Part shown: positions 21,687-31,525 of the stretch, one piece after another
Layout: the number at the start of each line of letters is the position of its first letter
Position numbering within the stretch: position 1 is the first letter of the stretch
NCBI GenBank assembly: GCA_964607655.1
Contig: CAZSKX010000002.1
Coordinates: 77,327-141,326 of the forward strand
DNA: 64,000 nt
Source: an uncultured Candidatus Saccharibacteria bacterium
Lineage (GTDB): Bacteria > Patescibacteriota > Minisyncoccia > Phycocordibacterales > Phycocordibacteraceae
Direction of reading: 5' to 3'
Translations under genes and position numbers: made by a program
Notes under the pieces: model-generated
Database searches by the model: none
Told to the model about the DNA's origin: nothing
Seen by the model: only the letters and a program-made list of their open reading frames with translations

Positions 21687-21912
21687 CAATAAGCGTTAGT
21701 GGTTGTGCTTGACGGAGAGGCGTGTCTACACACGCCTCGGCAGGATTTGCAGGCCGCAGCGGTGTTTGGTCAGCAGACCAAACCGCGAGGCAGGGTCGTG
21801 AGAATCGGCGAGTGACGACGAGGCGATTACTCCTGACCAAACTGCCGTCAGCACCCGCTACCGTAATTAAAAAACCGGGTCGAGAAGCTTTCGCTTCTCG
21901 ACCCGGGGTTCT

Positions 21913-22725
21913 TCAGCTGATCATCGCGGGTGTTCTCTCCACCCACTCGAGTAGCTGTTCGTTTGAATGCGCCGGACGCTCGATCTTCTCCCACTCGGTC
22001 TCCCAGATGGGTGTGTCTGTGGGGCGGATCATCCGCCGCCAGTTTGCATGATCGTCGATCCTCTCAGTCGACGGGTCTTTGCGAGTGTAGTGCAGGAGCT
22101 GACAGTTATGCAGCCGCTCCTCGGGCTTGGGTGAGAGATGGAGCTGCCTGAAACGTTCCTGGGTCATGCGCTCAAGCCGGACCATGAACGCGAGCATCAC
22201 CTCACCATGGCATACGACGATCACGCGTTTTCGTGCGCACTCGCGGTGGAGCGTGTGGAGCACTCGATCAACCCGCATACACAGCTGTACGAAGGACTCA
22301 CCATTCGGTGGTCGCCAGAAGAAGGGTTCCGTGACACGGCGCCGCAGTGCATCACCGAACTTCTCCGCGCGTTCATTCTCGGGACAGACGTCAAGGTCGC
22401 CCCAATCACGCTCGCTGAGATACGATTCTCGGAACCATCGTGCTTCGGGTAGCTCCAGAAGCGCGGCCGTCTCCAGCGCTCGATTGTACTCAGAGACGTA
22501 GCAACGATCGAAGCCGTAGCCGTTGCGATAGAACTCGCTCTTCAGATAGGTGCCTGCCGCGACCGCCTGGTCGCGGCCGAGTGCCGTGAGCCTGAAACTG
22601 CTGGTGTGACGATCGAGAAATTCGGGAGTGAAGGCGCTGTGGTCGCCCTTCTCTGAGCGGCGTTTTGCTTTATTTCCTTCAGACTGGCCGTGACGAACAA
22701 GAACAAGGTCGATGGGTAGCATCAA
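21913..22725 (-). CDS. Histidine phosphatase superfamily protein (phosphoglycerate mutase-like, branch 1)
   Basis: LVRHGQSEGN RHG catalytic motif. It ends at a hairpin plus T-run terminator (21876-21907). Confidence 0.75.
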   Translation of the reverse strand: MMLPIDLVLVRHGQSEGNKAKRRSEKGDHSAFTPEFLDRHTSSFRLTALGRDQAVAAGTYLKSEFYRNGYGFDRCYVSEYNRALETAALLELPEARWFRESYLSERDWGDLDVCPENERAEKFGDALRRRVTEPFFWRPPNGESFVQLCMRVDRVLHTLHRECARKRVIVVCHGEVMLAFMVRLERMTQERFRQLHLSPKPEERLHNCQLLHYTRKDPSTERIDDHANWRRMIRPTDTPIWETEWEKIERPAHSNEQLLEWVERTPAMIS

Positions 22726-22835
22726 TGATCTCCTATGGTTTCTACTTCTACCATGCTCCTTTTCTAGAAAGCTGTCAACACGCTAAACAGTCTGTGCGTA
22801 ACCACTACCTACATGCAAACCTGAAAATCAAAAAA

Positions 22836-22868
22836 GAGGCACGTTTCCGTGCCTCTTTTTGATCTAGC
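22836..22868. terminator. Bidirectional terminator downstream of the cold-shock gene
   Basis: aaaaagaggcacg-tttc-cgtgcctcttttt. Confidence 0.75.
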
Positions 22869-22877
22869 AAACGAAGG

Positions 22878-23078
22878 TTATACCTTGTTTACGTTGATTG
22901 CGTTCTGGCCTTTAGGGCTGTCGCCAACCTCAAAAGAGACCGTATCTCCTTCCTGGAGCGCATCGAACGAAATGTTCTTAAGCTCGTTGGAATGGAAGAA
23001 AAGATCCTTTTCCTGACCATCACGCTTGATGAAGCCGAAGCCCTTGTCGGTCTTCTTGGCTACTGTACCTTGATCCAT
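22878..23078 (-). CDS. cspA: Cold-shock protein (CspA family)
   Basis: 66 aa with RNP1 KGFGFI and RNP2 FFHSN motifs. A 5' UTR of about 120 nt precedes it. Confidence 0.9.
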   Translation of the reverse strand: MDQGTVAKKTDKGFGFIKRDGQEKDLFFHSNELKNISFDALQEGDTVSFEVGDSPKGQNAINVNKV

Positions 23079-23200
23079 GGTAGATAGTGTTTGTTTCTAA
23101 GATCAATTCAGTGTGCCGAAAGAGGAAGCTCGATCCCGACTCCTTTTGGATCCAGCGCTGGTTGATAGGCCAATGATAGCGAGTATTAAGATTTTGTCAA

Positions 23201-23440
23201 TTACTGCTCGAGCGATTTTAAGTACATCGGCAGCCAGTCCATAAACTTCTTTCGATGCACGTCGAGCGACCAGGCGTCAGTTCCCTTAAATTGTCCAGGG
23301 TGGGCCTGCTTATACTTCTCGAGTAGGGCTGCCGAGGCACGAGGGAAGCCAGCCGGAAGTCCGGCGTTATAGACCTTGAGAAACCTCTGGAGCGTGTGTT
23401 TCTCTTCGCTTTGTTCTCGGTCGAGGTCGCGTCCCTTCAT
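23201..23440 (-). CDS. Hypothetical protein
   Basis: 79-aa ORF transcribed divergently from the histidine kinase; no recognised motif. Confidence 0.4.
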   Translation of the reverse strand: MKGRDLDREQSEEKHTLQRFLKVYNAGLPAGFPRASAALLEKYKQAHPGQFKGTDAWSLDVHRKKFMDWLPMYLKSLEQ

Positions 23441-23545
23441 TAACCAATGATATCATCGATCCGCTTTCGGCGCTTGGAGCAGGCTGCCGGCTCGCCGGTA
23501 GGGCGTGGAGTAGCGCCGTTTCGGGCAAGAGGTTGGCAATTCTTC

Positions 23546-24601
23546 ATGCGACTTTCATTGGCCTGGGGTGTATGCTATGGGCAAGTGAACAATGTCGAGG
23601 GGTTTGACCCCGAACTCTTCCAGGCCATAATTGGCACCATCCGTCATCCATTGGTTGTACTCAATGGCGATCTGCGCATTATTATCGCTAGCAAGGCCTT
23701 TTATAAGAAATTCCATACCGATTACGAAAACGCTCATGACAAGCTGTTCTATGAGCTCGGTGAGGGACGATGGGATATTCCGGAATTACGCGAACTTCTA
23801 GAGAAAGTGCTTCCGGAAAGGAAGGTCGTTGAAGACTATGAGATCGAGCATGAATTTAAAGGTCTTGGGAGACGAGTCATTCGCTTCAATGCGCAAGAGA
23901 TCCACTACCCAAACGGTCAGCGGAAGATGCTGCTCTCCATCGAAGATGTTACCGAGCGGACGATGCTCATGCGCCAGAAGGACATCTTGCTCAAAGAGAT
24001 GCGTCACCGCATCGCCAACAGTCTTCAGCTCATTGCGAGTATTATTCTTCTAAAGGCAGGCAGCGTCCAGTCAGCCGAGAGTAAGCAGCATCTGGAAGAC
24101 GCGCACGATCGCATTCTGTCTATCGCGACGGTACAGCGTAACCTCGACCCGACCGGAGATGACTCAGAGGTTCCTGTGGTGGAATACCTAACGACACTTT
24201 GTAATAGTTTGGCGCGCTCTATGATCGGGGGCCGTAAGCCGATCGCTCTTACGGTGAGCGGGACGCCTGGTACGGTTACGCCCGATGAAGCGATCGGTAT
24301 GGGATTGATTACCACGGAGCTCGTCATTAACTGCCTGAAACACGCGTTCCCGGAGGGGGAGGGAGACATAACGGTCGTCTACACGGTGAACAAGAGAAAA
24401 AAGAGTTGGAATCTCACCATCAGCGATAACGGGGTTGGACTCAAGCAGCCCGAATTTATTACGGACGGACTCGGCACCAATATTATAGATACGCTCTGTA
24501 ACCAGTTACGCGCGAGCATAGAACGATCGAGCTCTTCGCGGGGCACCACCGTCTCGATCAGTTATCCGAGACCCGTGTCCGCCGCTAACCCTCTCTCGTA
24601 A
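23546..24601 (+). CDS. Sensor histidine kinase, HisKA_2/HWE-like with an N-terminal PAS-like domain (orphan)
   Basis: H-box HRIANSLQLIASIILL and an HATPase_c G-box MGLITTELVINCLKHAF...ISDNGVGL. No adjacent response regulator. The track ORF starts at 23447 and the start is chosen at the internal Met. Confidence 0.75.
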   Translation: MRLSLAWGVCYGQVNNVEGFDPELFQAIIGTIRHPLVVLNGDLRIIIASKAFYKKFHTDYENAHDKLFYELGEGRWDIPELRELLEKVLPERKVVEDYEIEHEFKGLGRRVIRFNAQEIHYPNGQRKMLLSIEDVTERTMLMRQKDILLKEMRHRIANSLQLIASIILLKAGSVQSAESKQHLEDAHDRILSIATVQRNLDPTGDDSEVPVVEYLTTLCNSLARSMIGGRKPIALTVSGTPGTVTPDEAIGMGLITTELVINCLKHAFPEGEGDITVVYTVNKRKKSWNLTISDNGVGLKQPEFITDGLGTNIIDTLCNQLRASIERSSSSRGTTVSISYPRPVSAANPLS

Positions 24602-24646
24602 AGAAGGGCTACTAGCGTTCTTGTGCGTACGTTTTATACTTAGTGT

Positions 24647-25684
24647 ATGAGTCTTACCGCCTCTCGAGATCGTTTCCTTGCCGCGCTTATTCTTATTTCT
24701 CTGGTCCTTTCATTTCTGATTCTTCGTCCTTTTCTCGTGATGTTGATACTTGCAGCAGTGTTTGCGGTGGTGCTGCAGCCCGTCCACCGTCGCATCCTGC
24801 GCCTCATGAGGGGTCTACCGAGTCTCGCGGCTCTCGCCACGATACTCGTCGCAGTTATCTGTATTCTTGTGCCGCTCACACTTATCGCTCAGCAGATCGT
24901 ACACGAAGCACAACAGCTCTACCTGTCGCTCTCAGTGGGGCAGGAGCAGCTGTCGCTGGGCGGCGTGTTTGGAGATGTAGAAACTACACTTGCAAAGTAC
25001 GCTCCGGGCCTCAGGATCTCAGAAGCAGAGCTCAAAGGCTCAATCGATGAGTACAGTAGAGAGGCGCTCGCCTGGCTGCTCGGCAGTCTCGGTGGCGCCT
25101 TCGGAGGAGCCTCTCGGTTACTGCTTAGTTTCTTTGTGTTCGTGATTGCCCTGTACTACCTGCTCCGTGATGGCGCGCGGCTCCGGAAGTGGGTGATCGA
25201 GGTGAGCCCCTTGAGCGAAGCAGACGACGAGGTGGTAAGTGTCCAGCTTGAGAGTGCTATCAACTCGGTGATACGGGGCAGTCTGACCATAGCCCTTCTC
25301 CAGGGGACGCTTAGTGCAATAGGATTTACGTTATTTGGGTTGCCAAACAGTGTCTTGTGGGGAGTCGTTGCCGCGTTGGCTTCGCTCATCCCTGGAGTCG
25401 GCACCTCGCTCGTGCTCGTGCCCGCGGTCGGGTATCTGTTTCTTGTCGGCACCATGGTGCAGGCAATTGGCCTCGCAGTATGGGCGGTCCTGGCGGTGGG
25501 CATGATTGATAATTTTCTTGGGCCGAGGTTGATGGGGAAGGGCATGCAGCTGCACCCACTCCTCGTGCTCCTCTCGGTGTTTGGCGGACTCGCGTTCTTT
25601 GGAGCGGCAGGGCTCTTCATCGGCCCCCTCTCCATCAGTCTCTTATTTGCACTCCTTTCAATAGCGCGTACTAAATCAGAGTAA
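24647..25684 (+). CDS. AI-2E family transporter (UPF0118/PerM-like)
   Basis: 345 aa, 8 TM, with the characteristic long loop and a C-terminal GPRLMGKGMQLHPLLVLLSVFGG. Confidence 0.8.
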   Translation: MSLTASRDRFLAALILISLVLSFLILRPFLVMLILAAVFAVVLQPVHRRILRLMRGLPSLAALATILVAVICILVPLTLIAQQIVHEAQQLYLSLSVGQEQLSLGGVFGDVETTLAKYAPGLRISEAELKGSIDEYSREALAWLLGSLGGAFGGASRLLLSFFVFVIALYYLLRDGARLRKWVIEVSPLSEADDEVVSVQLESAINSVIRGSLTIALLQGTLSAIGFTLFGLPNSVLWGVVAALASLIPGVGTSLVLVPAVGYLFLVGTMVQAIGLAVWAVLAVGMIDNFLGPRLMGKGMQLHPLLVLLSVFGGLAFFGAAGLFIGPLSISLLFALLSIARTKSE

Positions 25685-25831
25685 ACAGCTCGTCGATCTC
25701 ATCCAGCTTAAAGACTTCCATCAGGGAGGTGAGAGGTGGGGTTGGAGACAAAATAAGAAAGGCCTCACGAACGGTTAGGTCGGTGAGACCTTTCCGGCCG
25801 TGAGGCCTAAAGACGACGACGTCAAAGACGT

Positions 25832-26494
25832 CTAGTCGTCCGAGCTGGACATGATCCGCAGAAGATCGAGGAACAGGTTGATGATGTCGAGGTACAGGGA
25901 TACCGCAACATCGACCGCGTTGTCGAGTGTGGCCGGGATCTCGCTTGCCCTCCACATGTCATAGCCGATGTAGAGAGCGAAGATGACGGCGCTCGCGTAG
26001 TCGATGACACCGACTCCCTGGATCGCCGGGATGAACAGGCGAGCAAAGGAAACGACCACCAGGGCCGTCAGTGCGCCGAAGAGCGCGCCACCGATCGAGC
26101 GGTAGAAGTTGGGAAACAGCAGACCGCTGACTCCCATCGTCGCTGTGACGAGTCCCGTCATGGTCGCTGCCCGCTCGATGAGCCCCGGCTCCTTCATCTC
26201 GTACATCACGAGCACCGGGCCGAGGATGGCGCTGAGCCCTCCGACGACCAGGTTGAATCCCAGGAATGAAACGAGCGCGTTACCGCTCATGACAGACAGG
26301 AAGATCCCCACGATCGGGACGCCCAGGCCCACGAGCAGGATGCCGCCGATGCCGGGCTCCCACGTACCGGTCGCCTGGGCGACGATCGTTGTGAGCGCAA
26401 AGCCCCACGAAAGAATCATGCCCAGAACGAGGTAGAACGAGCCGCGGGTCATTTCGTCGGTGCCGCCCCGCTCCCAAACTTCACTTGAAATCAT
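25832..26494 (-). CDS. Bax-inhibitor-1/YccA family membrane protein
   Basis: 7 TM and a charged C-terminal tail (...LLRIMSSSDD), typical of the BI-1 family. Confidence 0.75.
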   Translation of the reverse strand: MISSEVWERGGTDEMTRGSFYLVLGMILSWGFALTTIVAQATGTWEPGIGGILLVGLGVPIVGIFLSVMSGNALVSFLGFNLVVGGLSAILGPVLVMYEMKEPGLIERAATMTGLVTATMGVSGLLFPNFYRSIGGALFGALTALVVVSFARLFIPAIQGVGVIDYASAVIFALYIGYDMWRASEIPATLDNAVDVAVSLYLDIINLFLDLLRIMSSSDD

Positions 26495-26744
26495 ATTCCG
26501 AGTTCTCCCTTTTGCGACGGAATGGGTATCAAAGGATTTCGAGTTGTCGCCTGACTCAAATCCAAACTAGAGCCATAATTTATATAGCATATAAAAGACC
26601 AAAAGTCAATCACCTCTGCACGATCTAGCGTATGAAGTGAGAATGGGATTGGTATAAAAAAGAATCGTTCGACAATCTCATGCAAAAGCCCCCTCGTCTC
26701 AAGACGAGGGGGCGAAGATTCTGTCCGACTGGCGGACGAGGGGC

Positions 26745-27059
26745 TCATGAACCGACGTGGATGCGCGGCTGCGAACCCGTCATCACGGGTTTGATCTCTG
26801 CGTCCAGATCTACCTCGATCCTCTGGAACTTGTCGGCTAGGAAGCGGTAGTCCCAGCTTCCTTCTCCGAGATCGAGAACATACGACCATCGGCCGTCTCT
26901 TTCGAGATGTACCTCTTGGACGGTGTGTGGTCCGCGGTCGCGGAGAAAGGGATTTTTACCGCCGACGAGAGTGAGGCTCATCGCCGCAATGACGTCACTC
27001 TTCATCAGTACGGTATCGCCTTGGGTTGCTGGCGCTGGCACGTCGCTATACATGAGCAC
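26745..27059 (-). CDS. Small E-set/CBM48-like (glycogen-binding-domain-like) protein
   Basis: ...VHLERDGRWSYVLDLGEGSWDYRFLADK... matches the AMPK-beta/isoamylase N-domain pattern. It ends at a terminator at 26687-26720. Confidence 0.4.
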   Translation of the reverse strand: MLMYSDVPAPATQGDTVLMKSDVIAAMSLTLVGGKNPFLRDRGPHTVQEVHLERDGRWSYVLDLGEGSWDYRFLADKFQRIEVDLDAEIKPVMTGSQPRIHVGS

Positions 27060-27212
27060 GATCCTCCGGGTTGAAGTCAGAACAGAAAAGGAACAAGATC
27101 AGGCCAAGCCACAGTATGTGCTACCTGGCTTGAAGTCGGGATGAAGCTGGCTAACGGCACCGATGCGTGACCTGGTGGACGACGTGAGAACCGGAATCCT
27201 AATTGTAGGACC

Positions 27213-28559
27213 CTAGTTTCGTTGGGATATAAAATAGACAAGCAAGTCTTGGTTTTTGGTACGGCTCTTAATCCAAGAAGATAGGGTTTCTTGCTCTCTC
27301 GTGGAAAGGGGCTGTGCAAGCTCAGATACGTACATAATAGCGACAGCCACCACTCCCGTATCAGATGGGCCAGATCCGCTAGTGGTGTCTGCTCCAGATG
27401 AAGATAAGTTTCCTAGCGCTAAACGGACGATCTTATTGCTAATGGCCTGAGCCTCGCTTAGGACTTGAGCCGCCGCCTCTACGCCAACAAGCCCACGAGA
27501 AAATTTCTCCTCCAAGGCTTTTACCTTCTCACTTTCATCTCTGATACTAGAAATGGCAGCATTCCACTCTTCCTCGCTCAGCGAGGCGCTATCCTGCTTT
27601 ATTACCAGCTCAGTGTTGTGCAATCCGTAATCGGCAAGTCGGCTCTTGAATGTGGAGATTTCTGATGAATCGAAATGTTTTGACAAGAAAGCCAACTCAA
27701 TTTTATTTGGGTTGCTGCCGTACTGGATGCTTTTATAAATAATGACGTGTCCCTTGTTTGTAAACGTCTCCTTGATGAATCTCTCTGTATTTTGATTGAA
27801 ATTATTTTCCCTGATAAAAACTGCCGCCAGATACGTAGCAGGGATAACCATAAGAACAACGACAATGGTCATTATTTTTTTGTTTTTTCTCTTCTGCTCA
27901 AGATCAACCTCAACATTCGGCAATCTGAGGTATTCCACTCCAAGGAATGTTGCTAGGCAGATGAATATGCAATTTATTGCGTACAAATAAAGGGCGCCAA
28001 AAAAGAAAGCGGGCTGCGCTGTCGCAATGCCATAACCGGCCGTACACAGCGGCGGCATTAATGCCGTAGAGATTGCGACTCCAGGAATAACGTTCCCTCT
28101 TTCTGCTCTAGTGCTACCCACGATACCTGCAAGCCCGCCAAAAAAAGCAATGAGGACGTCATAAATGGTTGGGCTCGTTCTTGCCAGCAATTCGGATTGA
28201 ATGTTACTGATCGGACTTAGATAAAAATAAAGGGTCGATATGGCGACCCCGATGATCGTGGCGATCGAGAGACTTCTAAGCGCTTTCTTAAGTAAGACTG
28301 AATCATTGATCCCCAATGAGAGACCAAGGCCAACTATTGGTCCCATGAGCGGTGAGATAAGCATCGCACCAACGATAACCGCAACCGAATTAATATTGAG
28401 GCCAATGGAGGCAATGAATACTGCGAAAATTAGCGTCCAAAGATTCGCCCCGCGAAACTCGACGCCCTTCTTTATATTCTCGACGATCCTTTCTTCCTGT
28501 TCCTTGCCATCCCTAATATCAAAAATGCCCGAGAAGTATTCAAAAATAATACTTTTCAT
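27213..28559 (-). CDS. DUF389 (TIGR00341-type) hydrophobic-domain membrane protein
   Basis: N-terminal EFRGANLWTLIFAVFIASIGLNINSVAVIVGAMLISPLMGPIVGLGLS is typical of DUF389. This gene and its flanks are markedly lower in GC than the surrounding sequence. Confidence 0.7.
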   Translation of the reverse strand: MKSIIFEYFSGIFDIRDGKEQEERIVENIKKGVEFRGANLWTLIFAVFIASIGLNINSVAVIVGAMLISPLMGPIVGLGLSLGINDSVLLKKALRSLSIATIIGVAISTLYFYLSPISNIQSELLARTSPTIYDVLIAFFGGLAGIVGSTRAERGNVIPGVAISTALMPPLCTAGYGIATAQPAFFFGALYLYAINCIFICLATFLGVEYLRLPNVEVDLEQKRKNKKIMTIVVVLMVIPATYLAAVFIRENNFNQNTERFIKETFTNKGHVIIYKSIQYGSNPNKIELAFLSKHFDSSEISTFKSRLADYGLHNTELVIKQDSASLSEEEWNAAISSIRDESEKVKALEEKFSRGLVGVEAAAQVLSEAQAISNKIVRLALGNLSSSGADTTSGSGPSDTGVVAVAIMYVSELAQPLSTREQETLSSWIKSRTKNQDLLVYFISQRN

Positions 28560-28798
28560 AAGTTGGCGTTAGTATACCTCACCTCTCTATAAACCTTAAA
28601 AACCGATGCGCGAGAGACGGGACTTGGTCAGGACTAATCTGATCGCTACCCCGGGGACTTGATCCTTACAGGATCTGTACACCTTGTGGAGATTCTGCTC
28701 CACGTATTCGCAAAATCCCTCACAAGGTCTTCAAGTCCCGTCCAATGCAAAAAGTACAGAAAAAGCCGGGGACCAACCCGGCATTTTTCTGACTTTGC

Positions 28799-28872
28799 GC
28801 GAGAGACGGGACTTGAACCCGCAACCTCCGCCGTGACAGGGCGGCGCTCTAACCAGTTGAGCTACTCCCGCA
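28799..28872 (-). tRNA. tRNA-Asp (anticodon GUC)
   Basis: Minus-strand GCGGGAG-UA-GCUC-AACUGGUUA-GAGC-G-CCGCC-CUGUCAC-GGCGG-AGGUU-GCGGG-UUCAAGU-CCCGU-CUCUCGC-G. No CCA is encoded. Confidence 0.9.
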
Positions 28873-29008
28873 AGTGAGAGAGCAGACGAAAGACTTTTAC
28901 TTTTGTCTGCGATCGAACGCAGCGGGAGCAAGCCTCGAAGAGGCTTACACCCGCAAGCGTTATGGCTATCCTACCAAAGACTTTTCCATTTGTCCTCTTG
29001 AGGAGGTG

Positions 29009-30814
29009 CTATTCAACTGTGACCGACTTGGCCAGATTGCGCGGTTTGTCGATCGGGAGGTCGCGACCTCTGGCGGCGTGGTAGGCGAGGAGCTGGAGGG
29101 GCACGACGGTGAGAATAGGGAGGAGGGCTTCATGGGTGTCGGGGACTACAATAGTCTCTCGGTCAGGGGTAGTAGTGCCACTCGTGACCGTAATGACCTT
29201 CCCGCCGCGGGAGCGGATCTCGGTGACATTCGAATGTGTCTTCTCATACATCGAGTCGTGAGGCATGAGCGCGATCGTGGGGAAGTGTTCGTCGATAAGC
29301 GCGAGTGGGCCGTGCTTCATCTCTCCGGCGCCGTACGCTTCGGCGTGGATGTAGGAGACTTCCTTGAGCTTCAGTGCGCCCTCGTATGCGATCGGGTACT
29401 GGAACTTGCGTCCGACAAACAGCGCGCTCGTTACGCCGTCGAGTTGCGCCGCGACCTGCTGTATATGTTTCTCGTCGGCGAGTACGCGTCGCGTATACTC
29501 AGGCAGGCGCGTGAGCTCGTGAAGGAGCTGGGTCGAGAGGCTTTCTCCACGGAGCTGCTTAAGATAGAGGGCGAACATCGCGAAGACGACAAGCTGAGAG
29601 ACAAATGCCTTGGTCGAGGCCACGCCGATCTCAGGGCCGGCGTGGTTATAGACGCCTGCGTCGGTTTCGCGTGCGATCGAAGAGCCTACCGCATTCACAA
29701 TACCGAGCGTGAGGACGCCCTGCCGCTTCGCCTCTTTCACCATCTCGAGGGTATCGGCCGTCTCGCCTGACTGTGAGACGGCGAGCACGATCGTCGATGC
29801 TGCGTCTGCGGTCCACGACCGGTAGCGCATCTCAGAAGCGATCTCGACTTCGACGGGGATACCCGCGAGTTCCTCGACGAGGAGTTCGCCCACAAGCGCG
29901 GCATAATACGCGCTTCCGCAACCAGTGACGATGATTCGTTTAACTCCTTTGAGCGCAGATTCAACATCCTTTAGGCCGCCAAGATGGATCTGGTTAGTGG
30001 CCACGTCAACGCGCCCGCGCATCGTGTTCTCGATCACTTCGGGAATCTCCATTATTTCTTTCAGCATGAAATGGTCGTAGCCACGTTTCTGCGCCCCTTC
30101 GAGGTCCCACTCAAGCGTGTCGACTGTTTTTGTGCAGGGTTCGCGCGTGAGCGTCGTGATCGTGTATCCCTCCGGAGTGATGACCGCGATTTCTCGATCG
30201 TCGAGGTAGATCACTTGGCGAGTGTGGGGGAGGAGAGGCGTAGCGTCTGAGGCGATGTAATAGCCATCAGCGTCGATCCCGATAAGGAGTGGGCTTCCGA
30301 GACGTGCGGCTACGAGTTTGCCGGGTTCGCGCGGTGAGGCGACGACAACGCCATAAGCTCCCCGCACTTCGGTGAGGGCGCGAACGACAGCGTCTTCAAG
30401 CGGCACTCCGTCTGTGTAGTAGTGGCCGATGAGTTGAGCGAGACTCTCGGTGTCTGTCTCAGAGCGAAAGACAGCACCTTCTTGAGTGAGTCGTTCGCGT
30501 AGCTCAGCGTGGTTCTCGATGATCCCGTTGTGCACGAGCCAGACCTGCTCGCGCGTGTCGGTGTGGGGGTGGGCATTCACCTCGGTCGGCGCGCCATGAG
30601 TCGCCCAGCGGGTATGGGCGATCCCGGCCGTGCCGGTAAAGTCAGCCGGCACGCTCTCGGCCAGTACGCGCACGTTCCCCGCACGTTTCATCGCACCTCT
30701 TCCGGAGACATAGAGCCCTGCTGAGTCATAGCCGCGGTACTCAAGCGCCGCGAGTCCCTCGAGAAGGAAGGAGGTCGCGTTCTTCTTGCCGATGTAGCCA
30801 ACAATGCCGCACAT
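29009..30814 (-). CDS. glmS: Glutamine--fructose-6-phosphate aminotransferase
   Basis: N-terminal MCGIVGY (Ntn Cys), two SIS domains, 601 aa. Confidence 0.95.
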   Translation of the reverse strand: MCGIVGYIGKKNATSFLLEGLAALEYRGYDSAGLYVSGRGAMKRAGNVRVLAESVPADFTGTAGIAHTRWATHGAPTEVNAHPHTDTREQVWLVHNGIIENHAELRERLTQEGAVFRSETDTESLAQLIGHYYTDGVPLEDAVVRALTEVRGAYGVVVASPREPGKLVAARLGSPLLIGIDADGYYIASDATPLLPHTRQVIYLDDREIAVITPEGYTITTLTREPCTKTVDTLEWDLEGAQKRGYDHFMLKEIMEIPEVIENTMRGRVDVATNQIHLGGLKDVESALKGVKRIIVTGCGSAYYAALVGELLVEELAGIPVEVEIASEMRYRSWTADAASTIVLAVSQSGETADTLEMVKEAKRQGVLTLGIVNAVGSSIARETDAGVYNHAGPEIGVASTKAFVSQLVVFAMFALYLKQLRGESLSTQLLHELTRLPEYTRRVLADEKHIQQVAAQLDGVTSALFVGRKFQYPIAYEGALKLKEVSYIHAEAYGAGEMKHGPLALIDEHFPTIALMPHDSMYEKTHSNVTEIRSRGGKVITVTSGTTTPDRETIVVPDTHEALLPILTVVPLQLLAYHAARGRDLPIDKPRNLAKSVTVE

Positions 30815-31090
30815 ATTAATTGTTTCCTATGAAGGTTACGCCTGTCCTAACGTACGCACGTCGTACGATCGCGATCTTGGATTGTTTCTTCATATTTTTT
30901 ACAACCACAAGATACCTCGAATAGTTACGGGCGCTGTGCTGTTGTGAGTAACGTGCGGTCGGGACACATGAAGCGTCGTATACTAAAGCAAATGCACGGC
31001 TTTCATCACCTGCGCCGCCGCGCTCGCGTGAGCAAGGGGCTCGAACCATTTCCCGCACGCGTCCCCTGGAAGCGAGCGCTCGACTATGTG

Positions 31091-31324
31091 ATGTATGGTG
31101 TGGGCGTGTTTGCGCCGCTCGCGCTCTTGCCCCAGATCGAACGGGTGTATAAGGACCAAAGTGCGGGGGGACTTTCGCTCACCACCTGGGTACTCCTCTG
31201 TATCTTCAACAGCATGTGGGCACTGTATGGTCTCGTGCATCGCGATATGCAGATATTTCTAGCAAACATCCTGATGCTTCTCTTCAACGGGGCAATCTTG
31301 ATCGGCATTTTACTGTATTCATAG
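31091..31324 (+). CDS. PQ-loop/SemiSWEET-like small membrane protein
   Basis: Three TM helices with LPQIERVYK (PQ motif). The start is ambiguous: the track ORF begins at 30944 with an Arg-rich extension. Confidence 0.45.
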   Translation: MYGVGVFAPLALLPQIERVYKDQSAGGLSLTTWVLLCIFNSMWALYGLVHRDMQIFLANILMLLFNGAILIGILLYS

Positions 31325-31384
31325 AGTTGTGATCTCTACAGGCAGTGCTTTACTAAATACTGCACAGAGCGGTATGCTGGGAAA

Positions 31385-31525
31385 ATGGACAAGGATTTGC
31401 TCAGTGACCTGTACCTACAGCAGAAGAAATCGGTCTTTGAAATTGCAAAGTCGCAAAACTGTTCGCAAGGGAAGATTAATTATTGGCTTGATAAACACTC
31501 GCTCGGGGAAAATTGGAACCTATAG
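31385..31525 (+). CDS. Small HTH-motif ORF (possibly the N-terminal part of a frameshifted gene)
   Basis: MDKDLLSDLYLQQKKSVFEIAKSQNCSQGKINYWLDKH has a resolvase/sigma-region-4-like helix-turn-helix. An overlapping frame carries a protein-like C-terminus (31530-31643). The region is AT-rich. Confidence 0.3.
   Translation: MDKDLLSDLYLQQKKSVFEIAKSQNCSQGKINYWLDKHSLGENWNL

Noticed and set aside
30815-30943. Possible glmS ribozyme or 25-codon uORF (MKKQSKIAIVRRAYVRTGVTFIGNN) abutting the glmS start
   Set aside because: The 5' leader has none of the glmS ribozyme core strings. The uORF lacks an SD and lies in the frame of a longer Arg-rich shadow ORF (30816-31058).
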